DNA of 64,000 nt from an uncultured Chloroflexia bacterium (GTDB lineage: Bacteria; Chloroflexota; Anaerolineae; Anaerolineales; UBA4823): the NCBI GenBank assembly GCA_963754615.1, contig CAVWGW010000018.1, positions 7,160 to 71,159 of the forward strand, given 5' to 3'. The notes under the pieces are model-generated. The model was not told the DNA's origin. It did not search any database and saw nothing but the letters and a program-made list of their open reading frames with translations. Position numbers and translations under genes: made by a program. Positions 19,513 to 28,738 of this stretch are shown one piece after another. Position 1 is the stretch's first letter, and each line of letters begins with the position of its first letter.

Positions 19513-21003
19513 ATGAAAACTGCTCGTTTTGAAGTGTTGAGTCAAACTGAGATCGAACGCATCCATTCCGCCTCGATGGAAATTCTAGCCGATGTGGGTA
19601 TCAAAGTCAATTTCAAGAAAGCTCGCGACATATTCCGCGAAGCTGGGGCCGATGTGGATGAGCAGTCCCTGGCGGTCAAGATCCCAGAGAAGCTCGTTCG
19701 TTGGGCGGTGGACCAGGTGCCAAAACAGTTTTCTCTCTTCGGGATCGATGGCGAATTTCATCTGAATATCGGCCCTGATCAAACTGCACCTGTCTTTGCT
19801 GGCCTGGGAACTCCCACACGGATGATCGATTTGGAAAGTGGTGCAATCCGCCCCGCGACCAAACAGGATATGATCGATCATATTATTTTGATAGACGCTT
19901 GCAGCCATATCCACAATTCCCAAATGGACATTTGGCCTGACGATATCCCCATGACGACCATCCACTCGGAGGCGATTTGGGCCTGGGCACACCATAGTCG
20001 AAAACCCTATGGCATGGGTTGTTATGGCTATCTGCCCACTTGGGATATGATGCGCATGATGGCGATTGCGGTTGGCGGAAAGGAAGAGCTGAAGAAACGA
20101 CCGCGCTTCTTCGCGATTTGCTCTGTGGTCAGCCCGTTGCAAATGGATCAGGCGCAAGCCGAAGGGTTGTTGATTTGTGCCGAATACGGGCAGCCGGTCA
20201 CGCTGGCTCCTGAAGCCATCGCTGGATCTACAGCACCTGTGACCTTAGCTGGTTTGGTTGCCCAGGAAAATGCAGCTATTTTGGCGCATATCACCCTGGC
20301 GCAAATCTTCCGCCCTGGAACTCCGGTTATGTATGGGACAGTCTCTACCACAGCCAATATGCGTTATGGTACGGTCACCCTTGGGTCGATGGAAACGGGC
20401 TTGATCACCGCGGCCTCTGCGCAGATGGCTCGATTTTATGGGTTACCGATCCGCAGCGTGGGTGGTGCCACCGAGGCCAAGCGCGCGGACCTGCAGGCAG
20501 GTTTTGAGCGCATGGGTACACTGCTCCCGGCAGTATTGGCAGGAGTTAACCTGATCACCTGTGCGGGCACCCTTGACAGCACCATGCTGGAGAGTCACGC
20601 TCTACTCTTGCTGGATGATGAGATCTGTGGAGCAGCTCTTAGGTTAGCACGCGGCATTTAGGTTAATGAAGATACGCTTGCTCTAGATTTGATCAAGAAG
20701 GTGGGCTTTTCAGGCAACTACATTTCTGCGAAAGAAACCTCCCGGCTTTTTCGTAAAGAGTTATTTATCCCGACCCTGTTTTCACGCGAGCCCTTTGAAA
20801 CCTGGGAAAAAGAAGGCAGCCGGCTTGCCATCGACCATGCTCGAGATCGCGCAATTGAAATTCTTGCCAAACACCAACCTCGTGAAGTGGACCCAATTCT
20901 TGAAAATGAGTTGGATCGCTTCCGCCAGTCCGTCGCGGCGCGCAACCTGGAAGATTTTTATCTTTTCGAGACCGAAGAAAAACAGGATTACACCGCTTTA
21001 TGA
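19513..21003 (+). pseudogene. MttB-superfamily methyltransferase (non-pyrrolysine type) containing one in-frame TAG at 20659-20661
   Basis: ORFs 19513-20661 and 20689-21003 are in the same frame, separated only by TAG and in-frame sense codons (...ALRLARGI-TAG-VNEDTLALDLIKKVGFSGNYIS...). Together they give about 496 codons, the normal MttB-family length. The canonical Pyl position (AGSOSDAK in M. barkeri MttB as I recall it) reads VGGATEAK here. Confidence 0.65.
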
Positions 21004-22361
21004 GTACAAAATCACAATCTAAGCTACCCTTGCGTACGAAGCTTCTTTTCAGCACTGGCGATCTGAGCACCAGCATCCCCCTGGCAATCCTGATGTTCTT
21101 CCAGCTCTATTTCCTGACGGATGTAGCCGGTCTCCGCCCCGCGTATGCCGGGTGGGCCATTGGCGCCAGCCGTTTATGGGATGCCGTCAACGATCCCCTC
21201 ATCGGCTTGCTCTCAGACCGACTCCGCACCCGTTGGGGACGCCGACGGGTTCTGTTGCTCTTTGGCGCAGTTCCATTGGGTGTCTTTTTTATGCTCATGT
21301 GGATTGTTCCGGCACTCAACCAATTCTGGATGGCGGTCTATTACGCAGTGACTTTCATCTTATTCGACACGGCCTTTACGGTCGTGCATGTCGGATATAA
21401 CGCCTTAACCCCCGAAATGACATCCGATTATGACGAGCGCAGCTCGCTGAACGGTTATCGGATGGTGTTTTCGATTGCTGGTTCTTTGGGTGCGATCATC
21501 CTTGCCACCGTGTTGGGGTGGAGAATCACGGATCCTCGTTTGCTTTACCTCATTCTGGGGATCGGCTTAGGCATCATCTCCATGATCCCGCCGTTTATCG
21601 TTTTCAACATAACCCGTGAACGGCCTGCCGATGAGCTTCCCAGGTCTTTACCGTTTGGTCAAGCCATCAAACAAACCCTGGGCAACCGCCCTTTTCGCCT
21701 AGTCATGGGCTTATATTTGCTAAGTTGGACGACTGCCAGCATCCTGGCAGCGGTATTAATTTATTTTGCCACCTATTACCTGCGCATTCCTGACCAGGCC
21801 AATTACTTTGTATTGGTGGCGCAGGGTATGGCGATCTTGTTCATCCCTGTGATTGTTAAAATCTCCCAACGCCTCGATAAGCGGCGCTCTTTCATGATCG
21901 GATCCCTTGCCTGGGTAATCGCCCTTCTTGGCATCTCCGCTCTGCGCGCTGACCAGTTTATTCTGGCCTATTTCCTGACAGCGCTAGCTGGTTTTGGTAT
22001 TGCCACCGCTTATGTGGTGCCTTGGGCTATGGTGCCGGACGTAATTGAATACGATGAGTTGCGCAGTGGGCAACGCCGAGAGGGTTCGTACTATGCATTT
22101 GCATCCTTTTTCCAGAAGCTGGCTACGGGGGTGGCTTTATGGGGAATGGCACAGGCTTTTGCTTTGACGGGTTACCTGACACCCTCTCTTTCTGAACCTG
22201 TACCCGTTCAACCCCAGGTAGCCATTAACGCCATCCGTATGTTTACCGGACCCATCCCGGCAATTTTGCTGATCTTGGCTGTAGTGTGTGCCTGGAAATA
22301 TCCCATCACGCGTGAAAGCCACCAGGCCACTCTGAAAGCGTTGGCTGAACGGGAAACATAA
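21000..22361 (+). CDS. GPH-family (glycoside-pentoside-hexuronide) cation symporter, MFS
   Basis: ATGA overlap with the MttB-family stop. The MelB-like N-terminus is FSTGDLSTSIPLAILMFFQLYFLTDVAGL...WDAVNDPLIGLLSDRLRTRWGRRR, with about 12 TM helices. Confidence 0.85.
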   Translation: MSTKSQSKLPLRTKLLFSTGDLSTSIPLAILMFFQLYFLTDVAGLRPAYAGWAIGASRLWDAVNDPLIGLLSDRLRTRWGRRRVLLLFGAVPLGVFFMLMWIVPALNQFWMAVYYAVTFILFDTAFTVVHVGYNALTPEMTSDYDERSSLNGYRMVFSIAGSLGAIILATVLGWRITDPRLLYLILGIGLGIISMIPPFIVFNITRERPADELPRSLPFGQAIKQTLGNRPFRLVMGLYLLSWTTASILAAVLIYFATYYLRIPDQANYFVLVAQGMAILFIPVIVKISQRLDKRRSFMIGSLAWVIALLGISALRADQFILAYFLTALAGFGIATAYVVPWAMVPDVIEYDELRSGQRREGSYYAFASFFQKLATGVALWGMAQAFALTGYLTPSLSEPVPVQPQVAINAIRMFTGPIPAILLILAVVCAWKYPITRESHQATLKALAERET

Positions 22362-22362
22362 A

Positions 22363-23619
22363 ATGGACGATTACGATTTCGAGACCCTGGCAGTCCATGC
22401 CGGTGAAGAGGCTGATCCCTCTACCGGAGCTCTGCGCCTGCCTTTGCACATGGCTACCACCTTCAAGCTGCCCAAGTTCGGGATCAAGCTGTTCGATGCC
22501 CTGACAATGGATTCAGCCAACCCGCCCTTTGCTTATACGCGCTGGGGCAATCCTACCTTGCGCGCTTTAGAAGAACGCCTTTCTGCGCTGGAAAGTGCTG
22601 AAACCGCTGTTGTGACCGCCAGCGGGATGGCGGCAGTATCCGCTTTGATTTTCACCTTCTTGAGCAGCGGTGACCACCTGATCGCTAGCGAAGTCTGTTA
22701 TGCAGGTACGGTCGAGCTGTTTGGGCTGTACCTGAGGCGTTTCGGTATCGAAGTCAGCCTGGTAGATACCAGTGATTTAGAAGCGGTTCAAGCAGCACTC
22801 CAGCCTAATACAAAGATGATCTATGCTGAAACACCCGCTAATCCCATTCTGCGCATCTCGGATATTTCGGAACTATCCAAGATCGCACATGCAACCGGAG
22901 CCTTGCTGGCAATTGACTCCACTTGGGCTAGCCCTGGCTTGCAAAAGCCTATCGCACTGGGCGCCGACCTTGTTGTGCACAGCCTGACGAAATACTTGAA
23001 TGGGCATGGCGATGCTTTGGGCGGCGTTGTACTCGGCGCGCAAAGAAACATACAGCGCATCCGAAAAGAGATGCTGGTACACCTGGGCGGCGCCCTCAGC
23101 CCTTTCAACGCCTGGCTCATCCTGCGTGGCCTGGTCACGTTGCCCATGCGGATGATGCAGCACTGCCAGAACGCTCAGTCAATTGCTCAATTCCTGGAAA
23201 GCCATCCCAAGGTGGAGCGAGTGTTGTACCCGGGGCTGGAAAGTCACCCACATCATTTACTAGCCGCTCGTCAAATGACTGGTTATGGGGGGATGCTCAC
23301 TTTCCGCCTCAAAGGTGGGTTGGGTGCAGCCATCACGCTGGCAGAAAAGATCCGCTTGTTCTCTTATGCCACTTCACTCGGGCATGCCCACAGCTTGCTG
23401 TTTTTTTACCCAACCGATCTATACATCGATTCTTTACCTTTCTACACCCCTGAGCAAAAAGAGCGTATCCGCGAATGGACTGGCGAAGGGATCATACGTG
23501 CCAGTATTGGTTTGGAAAATGTTGATGATTTGAGACGCGATTTAGACCAGGCGCTATACGCACGCACCTTTAAGGGATGGCTCGGTCCGCTGGCATACCG
23601 AGTTATGAGGAAGCGTTAG
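22363..23619 (+). CDS. PLP-dependent Cys/Met-metabolism enzyme (methionine gamma-lyase / cystathionine gamma-synthase family)
   Basis: Starts 1 nt after the preceding stop. YTRWGNPT, the PLP-lysine context HSLTKYLNGHGDALGG and C-terminal IRASIGLE are present. Confidence 0.85.
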   Translation: MDDYDFETLAVHAGEEADPSTGALRLPLHMATTFKLPKFGIKLFDALTMDSANPPFAYTRWGNPTLRALEERLSALESAETAVVTASGMAAVSALIFTFLSSGDHLIASEVCYAGTVELFGLYLRRFGIEVSLVDTSDLEAVQAALQPNTKMIYAETPANPILRISDISELSKIAHATGALLAIDSTWASPGLQKPIALGADLVVHSLTKYLNGHGDALGGVVLGAQRNIQRIRKEMLVHLGGALSPFNAWLILRGLVTLPMRMMQHCQNAQSIAQFLESHPKVERVLYPGLESHPHHLLAARQMTGYGGMLTFRLKGGLGAAITLAEKIRLFSYATSLGHAHSLLFFYPTDLYIDSLPFYTPEQKERIREWTGEGIIRASIGLENVDDLRRDLDQALYARTFKGWLGPLAYRVMRKR

Positions 23620-24514
23620 TTACCTTTTCCCTCTCCGAGAGCACCATCCCAATCAAGATCAGCGTCATGCCGATCCCGCCCACCAGCGTAACGGTCTCGT
23701 GCAGCACCAGTACCGACGCAATTATCGTGATGATTGGCACGATGTAAATATATACGCTGGTCTTCACTGGGCCTAGGAGGTAGACTGCATAATTCCAGGT
23801 GAAAAAGCACATTGCCGAAGCCACAATCCCCAGGAAGATCAGGTTGAACAGGTTCGGCAGCACAGCCAGGCGCGCCAATCCCAGGTGGAAGTCGAAAAAA
23901 GGCAGGGTGGGAAGCAAGAAAAGAAAACCATAGAAAAAAACCTTGGCTGTCACGGCCAGCATCGAACTTTGCTGGGCACTGATTTTCTTGATTAACACGC
24001 TGTAGAACGCCCATACCAGCGCCGCTAGGATCGAGAGCAGATCACCCAGGGGATTTAGTTTTAGAACAACGCTTCCGTTAAAAGCGATCAGGATGATGCC
24101 TGTGATGGCTGCCGTGAAACCGATGAAGAAGTTGGCTTTGAGCTTTTCTTTCAAGAAGAGACGGCTGACCAGCGCGGTGAATAACGGGGCTATCGAAACC
24201 AGTACGCTGACATTGGCTGCCAGGGTGTAAGACAAGGCGATATTCTGGAACAGGAAATAGAGGGTCACGCCGCACAAACCTGCAGCCATAATTTTCCATT
24301 CATCTCTCAGGGTAGGTCTATCCAGTTTGACCTTGGATAGGCGCGGCGGGCTGACAATGAGCAGCACTAGAACGGCCAGGATCAGCCGGTAGAACATGAT
24401 CTCAACCGGTGAGAAGGGGACCAGCAGCACCTTGATGGAAATAAAGGTAATACCCCATACGAAGATCGTGAAAAAGGCGGCGAGATGCCCCAGGACTTGT
24501 TTTTGTGGTTTCAC
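23603..24514 (-). CDS. DMT-superfamily (EamA-like) transporter
   Basis: 303 aa, about 10 hydrophobic helices, two EamA-like repeats. Its 3' end overlaps the convergent PLP enzyme by 17 nt. Confidence 0.85.
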   Translation of the reverse strand: MKPQKQVLGHLAAFFTIFVWGITFISIKVLLVPFSPVEIMFYRLILAVLVLLIVSPPRLSKVKLDRPTLRDEWKIMAAGLCGVTLYFLFQNIALSYTLAANVSVLVSIAPLFTALVSRLFLKEKLKANFFIGFTAAITGIILIAFNGSVVLKLNPLGDLLSILAALVWAFYSVLIKKISAQQSSMLAVTAKVFFYGFLFLLPTLPFFDFHLGLARLAVLPNLFNLIFLGIVASAMCFFTWNYAVYLLGPVKTSVYIYIVPIITIIASVLVLHETVTLVGGIGMTLILIGMVLSEREKVTNASS

Positions 24515-24646
24515 TGGTGTCAGGTTATACCACTTTTTTAGATAAGTTTACAAAAGTGAAAGCTAACCCCGCCTTTTCTTTGGTTCTTGAAAAAAAAGTT
24601 ATATACTCAATTTTATAGAATCACAAGAAGACGTAAGGGAGAATTT

Positions 24647-27600
24647 ATGCCTAATCCTAATTTGCTGATTTATAACGCCACCTCTCAACAATGGGATCGT
24701 TTTCCGCTAAATCGTCAGGATTTTTCTATCGGGCGCACGGGCGATAATGACCTGGTGTTGGATAACACGCTGGTGTCCCGCCAGCATGCCCGCCTGCACC
24801 TGGATAAGCGAGGTGTGTGGATTATGGATCTCAACTCGGCGAATGGCGTGCTGATTAATAATACGCGCATCCAACCCGGGCAGTGGGTGCTGCTTCCCGG
24901 CAGCGCAGCAATTAATATAGGCCAGAGCACGCTGCGCCTGGAGCTTGCCTCCCAGCCAGTTCAGTCAATCAAGCCGGCCCAGCCTGCTCCTCGGACTCCC
25001 CAGAAAAATAAATGGCTGCCGGTCTTGGGCGTGTTTGGGGTTGTTTTGTGTGTGTGCCTGGCTGCCTCCGCGGGAGTGGCAGCCTGGAAGAATTACCCAA
25101 AGCTGGCTGGTCTCCTCCCTGGCCAGACCGCTCAGACTCAATCTCAAGATCCTGTGCCAACCCCAAGCGCGGAACCCATGACTCCGCCGCAGACGGTAGA
25201 AACGCTGCCAGTCAGCGCGGGTGGCCTTGCGGTACAAGACAGCTACGGTGTTTCCGTAGAAATCCCGGCCTCGGTGCTCCCAGAGGGTCAGTCTGCCAGC
25301 CTGGAATCGGCCAGTTTCAGCCAGGGGATGCAGCAGGAGCTTGAAAAAGCTTATACAGTTAACACGCTGGCATACAGCGTGACGGCTGTGGATCAGGATG
25401 GTACCGGTCAGGTTAATCTGAGCTTGCCGGCGCCCTCGGCTGACTTGCGTCTGGCAGTGCTGGTTAACGACAAATACACCGGTGTGTTGGATGTTGAACC
25501 GCAGAATGGCCTGCTGCAGTTGAATCTTTTCCTTGGCGCACCGCTGCAAGCCAGCAGCGCCCCGACGGAGACTCAATACATCGCCTCTAACCGCTATTTT
25601 GTCGTTACCCCCAAAACCGGCGCATCGATTCCGTCTCAAGGTAACAATCTGCGGATCAGCTTCTCCATGCAGGCGGAGGACCAAGGTGGGAAGTCTTGCA
25701 TCACGGAATTCTGGTTGCAAAGTCACTGTTGGCGAAATCAAGCCGGTACTGTGTACGTCTTCTGGGAAAATAATGTGCCTGCTGACCTCAAGGACACCGA
25801 ATACCTGCGCATTGAGGACATGATCAAAGCAGTTGAGGAAATTATGCGAGCGTACCACCAGGATTGGCATTTCAATAACGCCGCGATCAGCAAGAGCAAC
25901 CCGGTCTATATCATCATCGACCCGAGTGAGCCTGAACCGACCTACAGCCAGAAAACCGGTAATGTTTACCTGAACTGGGGTGTGGTTGGTTCGATCTCCA
26001 GTCAGGAGAACCACTGCGCCCTGGCGCATGAGCTGATGCACTGGACCGAAGACAGCGCTTATACCATGAACGCAGCCGCTTTATCTAACAGCAAAGCCTG
26101 GTGGTTAGAAATGGCAGCTGAGAACGGTTCCTTCATGATCGATTCGGCTTGCATTGATCGCAATCTGGAGACTTATGGACACGCAGTCACCAGCAGCGAC
26201 TTGCTGCCTCTCCAGTCAGAGTCCCTGGTTTGGGAGAGCAAGGAGGGGGCGCGCTATATCCAAGCTTTGCAGGTCTATGTCTCACTTTGCTCAGGTGGTG
26301 CAAACTGCGCCATGAGCCAGGATCAGTTTGTTGCCGCTATCAATGCAGGCAGTTACCCCTTTGATGATGCCGGTGTGCTCAGCACCTACCAGCGCAGCGC
26401 CAAGGATATGGGATTGTTCATGATGGGTAAGCCCCCGGCGGAGGCAAACACCTCCGCTCATCTTCCACCGTCCACCAACGAGGGCGGTGCTTTTCCCGAA
26501 TATATCTGGCTGAAGGCCGTCCCAGCCCCTAAGATCGAAGTCAGCGATACCACGAAACAGATCCAGTCTACCAGCAGCACAGAGGCAGCCGTCAATGCCT
26601 CCATCGCCCAGGGAGGCGTTTATCCACTGTGGGTGAGCAACGGCAAGGGGTCGCCAGGAAATCCCCGTGAAGGGTATACCTCTTTGCCTGTCATGTTGAA
26701 GATCGATGCTGGCACCAGGTTCTGGTACGAATTGGACTCTGGCGAGGCGGTCTTCCACGACGGTGGTAAGGAGCTGACTCTGGGTCCGCTGTCTGATAAG
26801 CTGGGTACCGGGTTGGTCAGGCTGGTGGCAGTCGCGCCAGATGCTGCAGCTACCTTCAATGCCAAGGTCAATCCTGTAGACTTGAGCGGGGATTGGGTTG
26901 CGCAGCTCAGCAATCCCTCTGTCAACATCATCGACTGTCCCTCATCAACGGACGATGATAGTGAAAACGGTTTTGATACCAGCGAAGTTGACAAGATTGA
27001 GATGCTGTCGATCTTAAGCGGATACGGGACATATGCTGCCGATCCCGCGGTGAGTGATGGATCTCACCTGATCTGGCAGGGCACCCTGCCAGAAGGGGCT
27101 ACTGCCGAATTGGATATTACCATCAAACCTGAAGTGATCGAAGTCAAATACCGGATCGACATCCCCAGACCAGACAGTGAGGGGCTGCTGCCGCCCTGGC
27201 TCGGTCCAAAGTTTGGGCAGACCTGGCCGCCTCGCTTGCAATCTGCAGGCTGGCTGAACAGCCTGTCAGGCAGCCCGGTTGGTTTTGCGCTAATGGCTGG
27301 GTCCCTCCTGCTGGCTTTGGTTTGGCTGGTCGGGATACCCAGGCTTAAGGCCTATCAGGAAGGTCACCTAGCTTTCTCGCCCAGGGTGGTGCGTTTTGGA
27401 AATACGGCCCTGTTGTCTCTGGCTCTCCTTGTTGGGGCTGTCTGGCTGTCAGGATGCGTTGGCTTTGGAATTTATGGTAACTTTGAGGGGACCATTACCT
27501 TCAATAAGCTGGAGTATTTGGATCCCGACGCACCAGCCTCTGCGGTTGTTCCAGGAGGAGAAGCTGTAGAGGGCCTGACCTGGAAGCTGCATGAAGGACA

Positions 27601-27757
27601 AGAGGTGAACACCATGGACATCTTCATCGAGGTCAGCAGCACCGATGCGGATGGTAAGGAGACCAGTGAAGTGCATGAGTGTAAATTCACGGTTACCTCT
27701 TCGGCAGACGGTGTTATCGGGCCAGCCGATATGGTGAATTTGAATCAAGGTGAGTGA
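24647..27757 (+). CDS. Large membrane protein: N-terminal FHA domain, TM helix, ~700-aa region with HExxH (gluzincin-like), two further TM helices, acidic C-terminal tail
   Basis: ATG at 24647 lies after AAGGGAGA; the ORF track start is 24587. The FHA region is FSIGRTGDNDLVLDNTLVSRQHARL..DLNSANGVLINN. TM1 is WLPVLGVFGVVLCVCLAASAGVAAW. HELMH is at nt 26027-26041, followed by WWLEMAAENG. The C-terminal TMs are FALMAGSLLLALVWLVGI and ALLSLALLVGAVWLSGCVGFGIYG. Confidence 0.8.
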   Translation: MPNPNLLIYNATSQQWDRFPLNRQDFSIGRTGDNDLVLDNTLVSRQHARLHLDKRGVWIMDLNSANGVLINNTRIQPGQWVLLPGSAAINIGQSTLRLELASQPVQSIKPAQPAPRTPQKNKWLPVLGVFGVVLCVCLAASAGVAAWKNYPKLAGLLPGQTAQTQSQDPVPTPSAEPMTPPQTVETLPVSAGGLAVQDSYGVSVEIPASVLPEGQSASLESASFSQGMQQELEKAYTVNTLAYSVTAVDQDGTGQVNLSLPAPSADLRLAVLVNDKYTGVLDVEPQNGLLQLNLFLGAPLQASSAPTETQYIASNRYFVVTPKTGASIPSQGNNLRISFSMQAEDQGGKSCITEFWLQSHCWRNQAGTVYVFWENNVPADLKDTEYLRIEDMIKAVEEIMRAYHQDWHFNNAAISKSNPVYIIIDPSEPEPTYSQKTGNVYLNWGVVGSISSQENHCALAHELMHWTEDSAYTMNAAALSNSKAWWLEMAAENGSFMIDSACIDRNLETYGHAVTSSDLLPLQSESLVWESKEGARYIQALQVYVSLCSGGANCAMSQDQFVAAINAGSYPFDDAGVLSTYQRSAKDMGLFMMGKPPAEANTSAHLPPSTNEGGAFPEYIWLKAVPAPKIEVSDTTKQIQSTSSTEAAVNASIAQGGVYPLWVSNGKGSPGNPREGYTSLPVMLKIDAGTRFWYELDSGEAVFHDGGKELTLGPLSDKLGTGLVRLVAVAPDAAATFNAKVNPVDLSGDWVAQLSNPSVNIIDCPSSTDDDSENGFDTSEVDKIEMLSILSGYGTYAADPAVSDGSHLIWQGTLPEGATAELDITIKPEVIEVKYRIDIPRPDSEGLLPPWLGPKFGQTWPPRLQSAGWLNSLSGSPVGFALMAGSLLLALVWLVGIPRLKAYQEGHLAFSPRVVRFGNTALLSLALLVGAVWLSGCVGFGIYGNFEGTITFNKLEYLDPDAPASAVVPGGEAVEGLTWKLHEGQEVNTMDIFIEVSSTDADGKETSEVHECKFTVTSSADGVIGPADMVNLNQGE

Positions 27758-27795
27758 GAGTAGGGATGTACTTTGCTTTATTCATCTTTGCATTA

Positions 27796-27815
27796 GCAGG
27801 CCGCAATTCGTTTGC
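27796..27815 (+). repeat. Short dispersed hairpin repeat, copy 3 (CAGGCCGCAATTCGTTTGCG)
   Basis: Same core as the copies at 4965 and 5057, with stem CGCAA/TTGCG. It is nested inside a 7-bp outer stem, TTTGCAT (27786-27792) with ATGCAAA (27823-27829). It lies 3' of the FHA-HExxH gene. Confidence 0.6.
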
Positions 27816-27891
27816 GATTGCCCATGCAAAATCTGCATCAAGAGATTAGTGTAAGATTGGTGTAAATTCGTGGATTCTTTCCCACCGCCAT

Positions 27892-28704
27892 TCACTTGAT
27901 GAACTCCGCCACATCCTGTGCGAACTCCTTCTCCCCCATGACCTCGTGCCCCCTGCCTGGGTAAATCTTGAGCCGCGCCTCCGGGATCATGGCCGCCATC
28001 TCCTTGGCTGAATCTACCTCGAAGTAAAAATCGTTCCCACCGATCAAGATGAGGACCGGAGTTTTGATCCGTTTTAAGCTCTCAGTTGAGTTGTGGTTTA
28101 ATTCCGCCCTGATTTCGACCAGCACATCTTGCCGGTAGGTCGGGCTGGGAATGCCGAGCAGTGCGCCTCCGAGCAGCCATGCTACCCCTCGCATGATCCA
28201 GCGGATAGGTCCGGGTGGGTATAGCTCTTGAACGATCAAGGCTGCCGCCTCCCGGCTTTTCCCCTGGCTGAGCAGCTCAGCATATTGGGTATCCAGCAGC
28301 TTGCCTGCCTCCGTGATTTTATGAGTGGCCATGGCAATGATCAGATGGTCGCAAAGGTCGGCGTGATCGGCTGCGAAGTGTTGGGCAATGGTCCCGCCAT
28401 AAGACATCCCGATTACAACCGCCACATGCCCGGCGAATTGCATCTGGATGAGTTCAGCGATATCATCTGACATATCCTTCGTAGTGTGCCCCTCGGGTAA
28501 GCCTGATTTTCGGCTGACCATATAGAGGGTATATTCGCTGAGAAAACGTTTCAAGCTCCCGATCATCATATCGAAGCCCATCCCCATGGGAATGCTGTTT
28601 CCTGGACCACCCATGAGCAGCAGCATGATTTTTTTTCCCTGGCCGGTGCGTGCATAGGGGATGTTATTGATTGTTATTCCGTAGAAGGGTTTGGAATTTG
28701 ACAT
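27892..28704 (-). CDS. Alpha/beta-fold hydrolase
   Basis: 270 aa. The nucleophile elbow is GMSYGG, the oxyanion region is LLLMGGPGN, and a C-terminal His lies in GRGHEVM. Confidence 0.75.
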   Translation of the reverse strand: MSNSKPFYGITINNIPYARTGQGKKIMLLLMGGPGNSIPMGMGFDMMIGSLKRFLSEYTLYMVSRKSGLPEGHTTKDMSDDIAELIQMQFAGHVAVVIGMSYGGTIAQHFAADHADLCDHLIIAMATHKITEAGKLLDTQYAELLSQGKSREAAALIVQELYPPGPIRWIMRGVAWLLGGALLGIPSPTYRQDVLVEIRAELNHNSTESLKRIKTPVLILIGGNDFYFEVDSAKEMAAMIPEARLKIYPGRGHEVMGEKEFAQDVAEFIK

Positions 28705-28738
28705 GTGCGTAGCTCCTCACCACACAATAAATGCTAAA

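Noticed and set aside
20659-20661. Pyrrolysine encoded by the in-frame TAG of the MttB-family gene
   Set aside because: The TAG is about 50 residues downstream of the column that holds Pyl in bona fide MttB, and that column is occupied by ordinary residues (VGGATEAK). No pyl genes are in the window. TAG is used as a normal stop by neighbouring genes, for example at 801-803 and 4914-4916. The case is kept as a nonsense or read-through question instead.
24965-26041. 358-aa minus-strand ORF (with companions at 24715-24930, 26291-26758 and 26620-26994) antisense to the FHA-HExxH gene
   Set aside because: The composition is Arg/Gly/Leu-rich and low in complexity, as expected for shadow ORFs opposite a GC-rich gene. 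There is no RBS and no recognisable motifs, and the sense-strand gene has clear domains.
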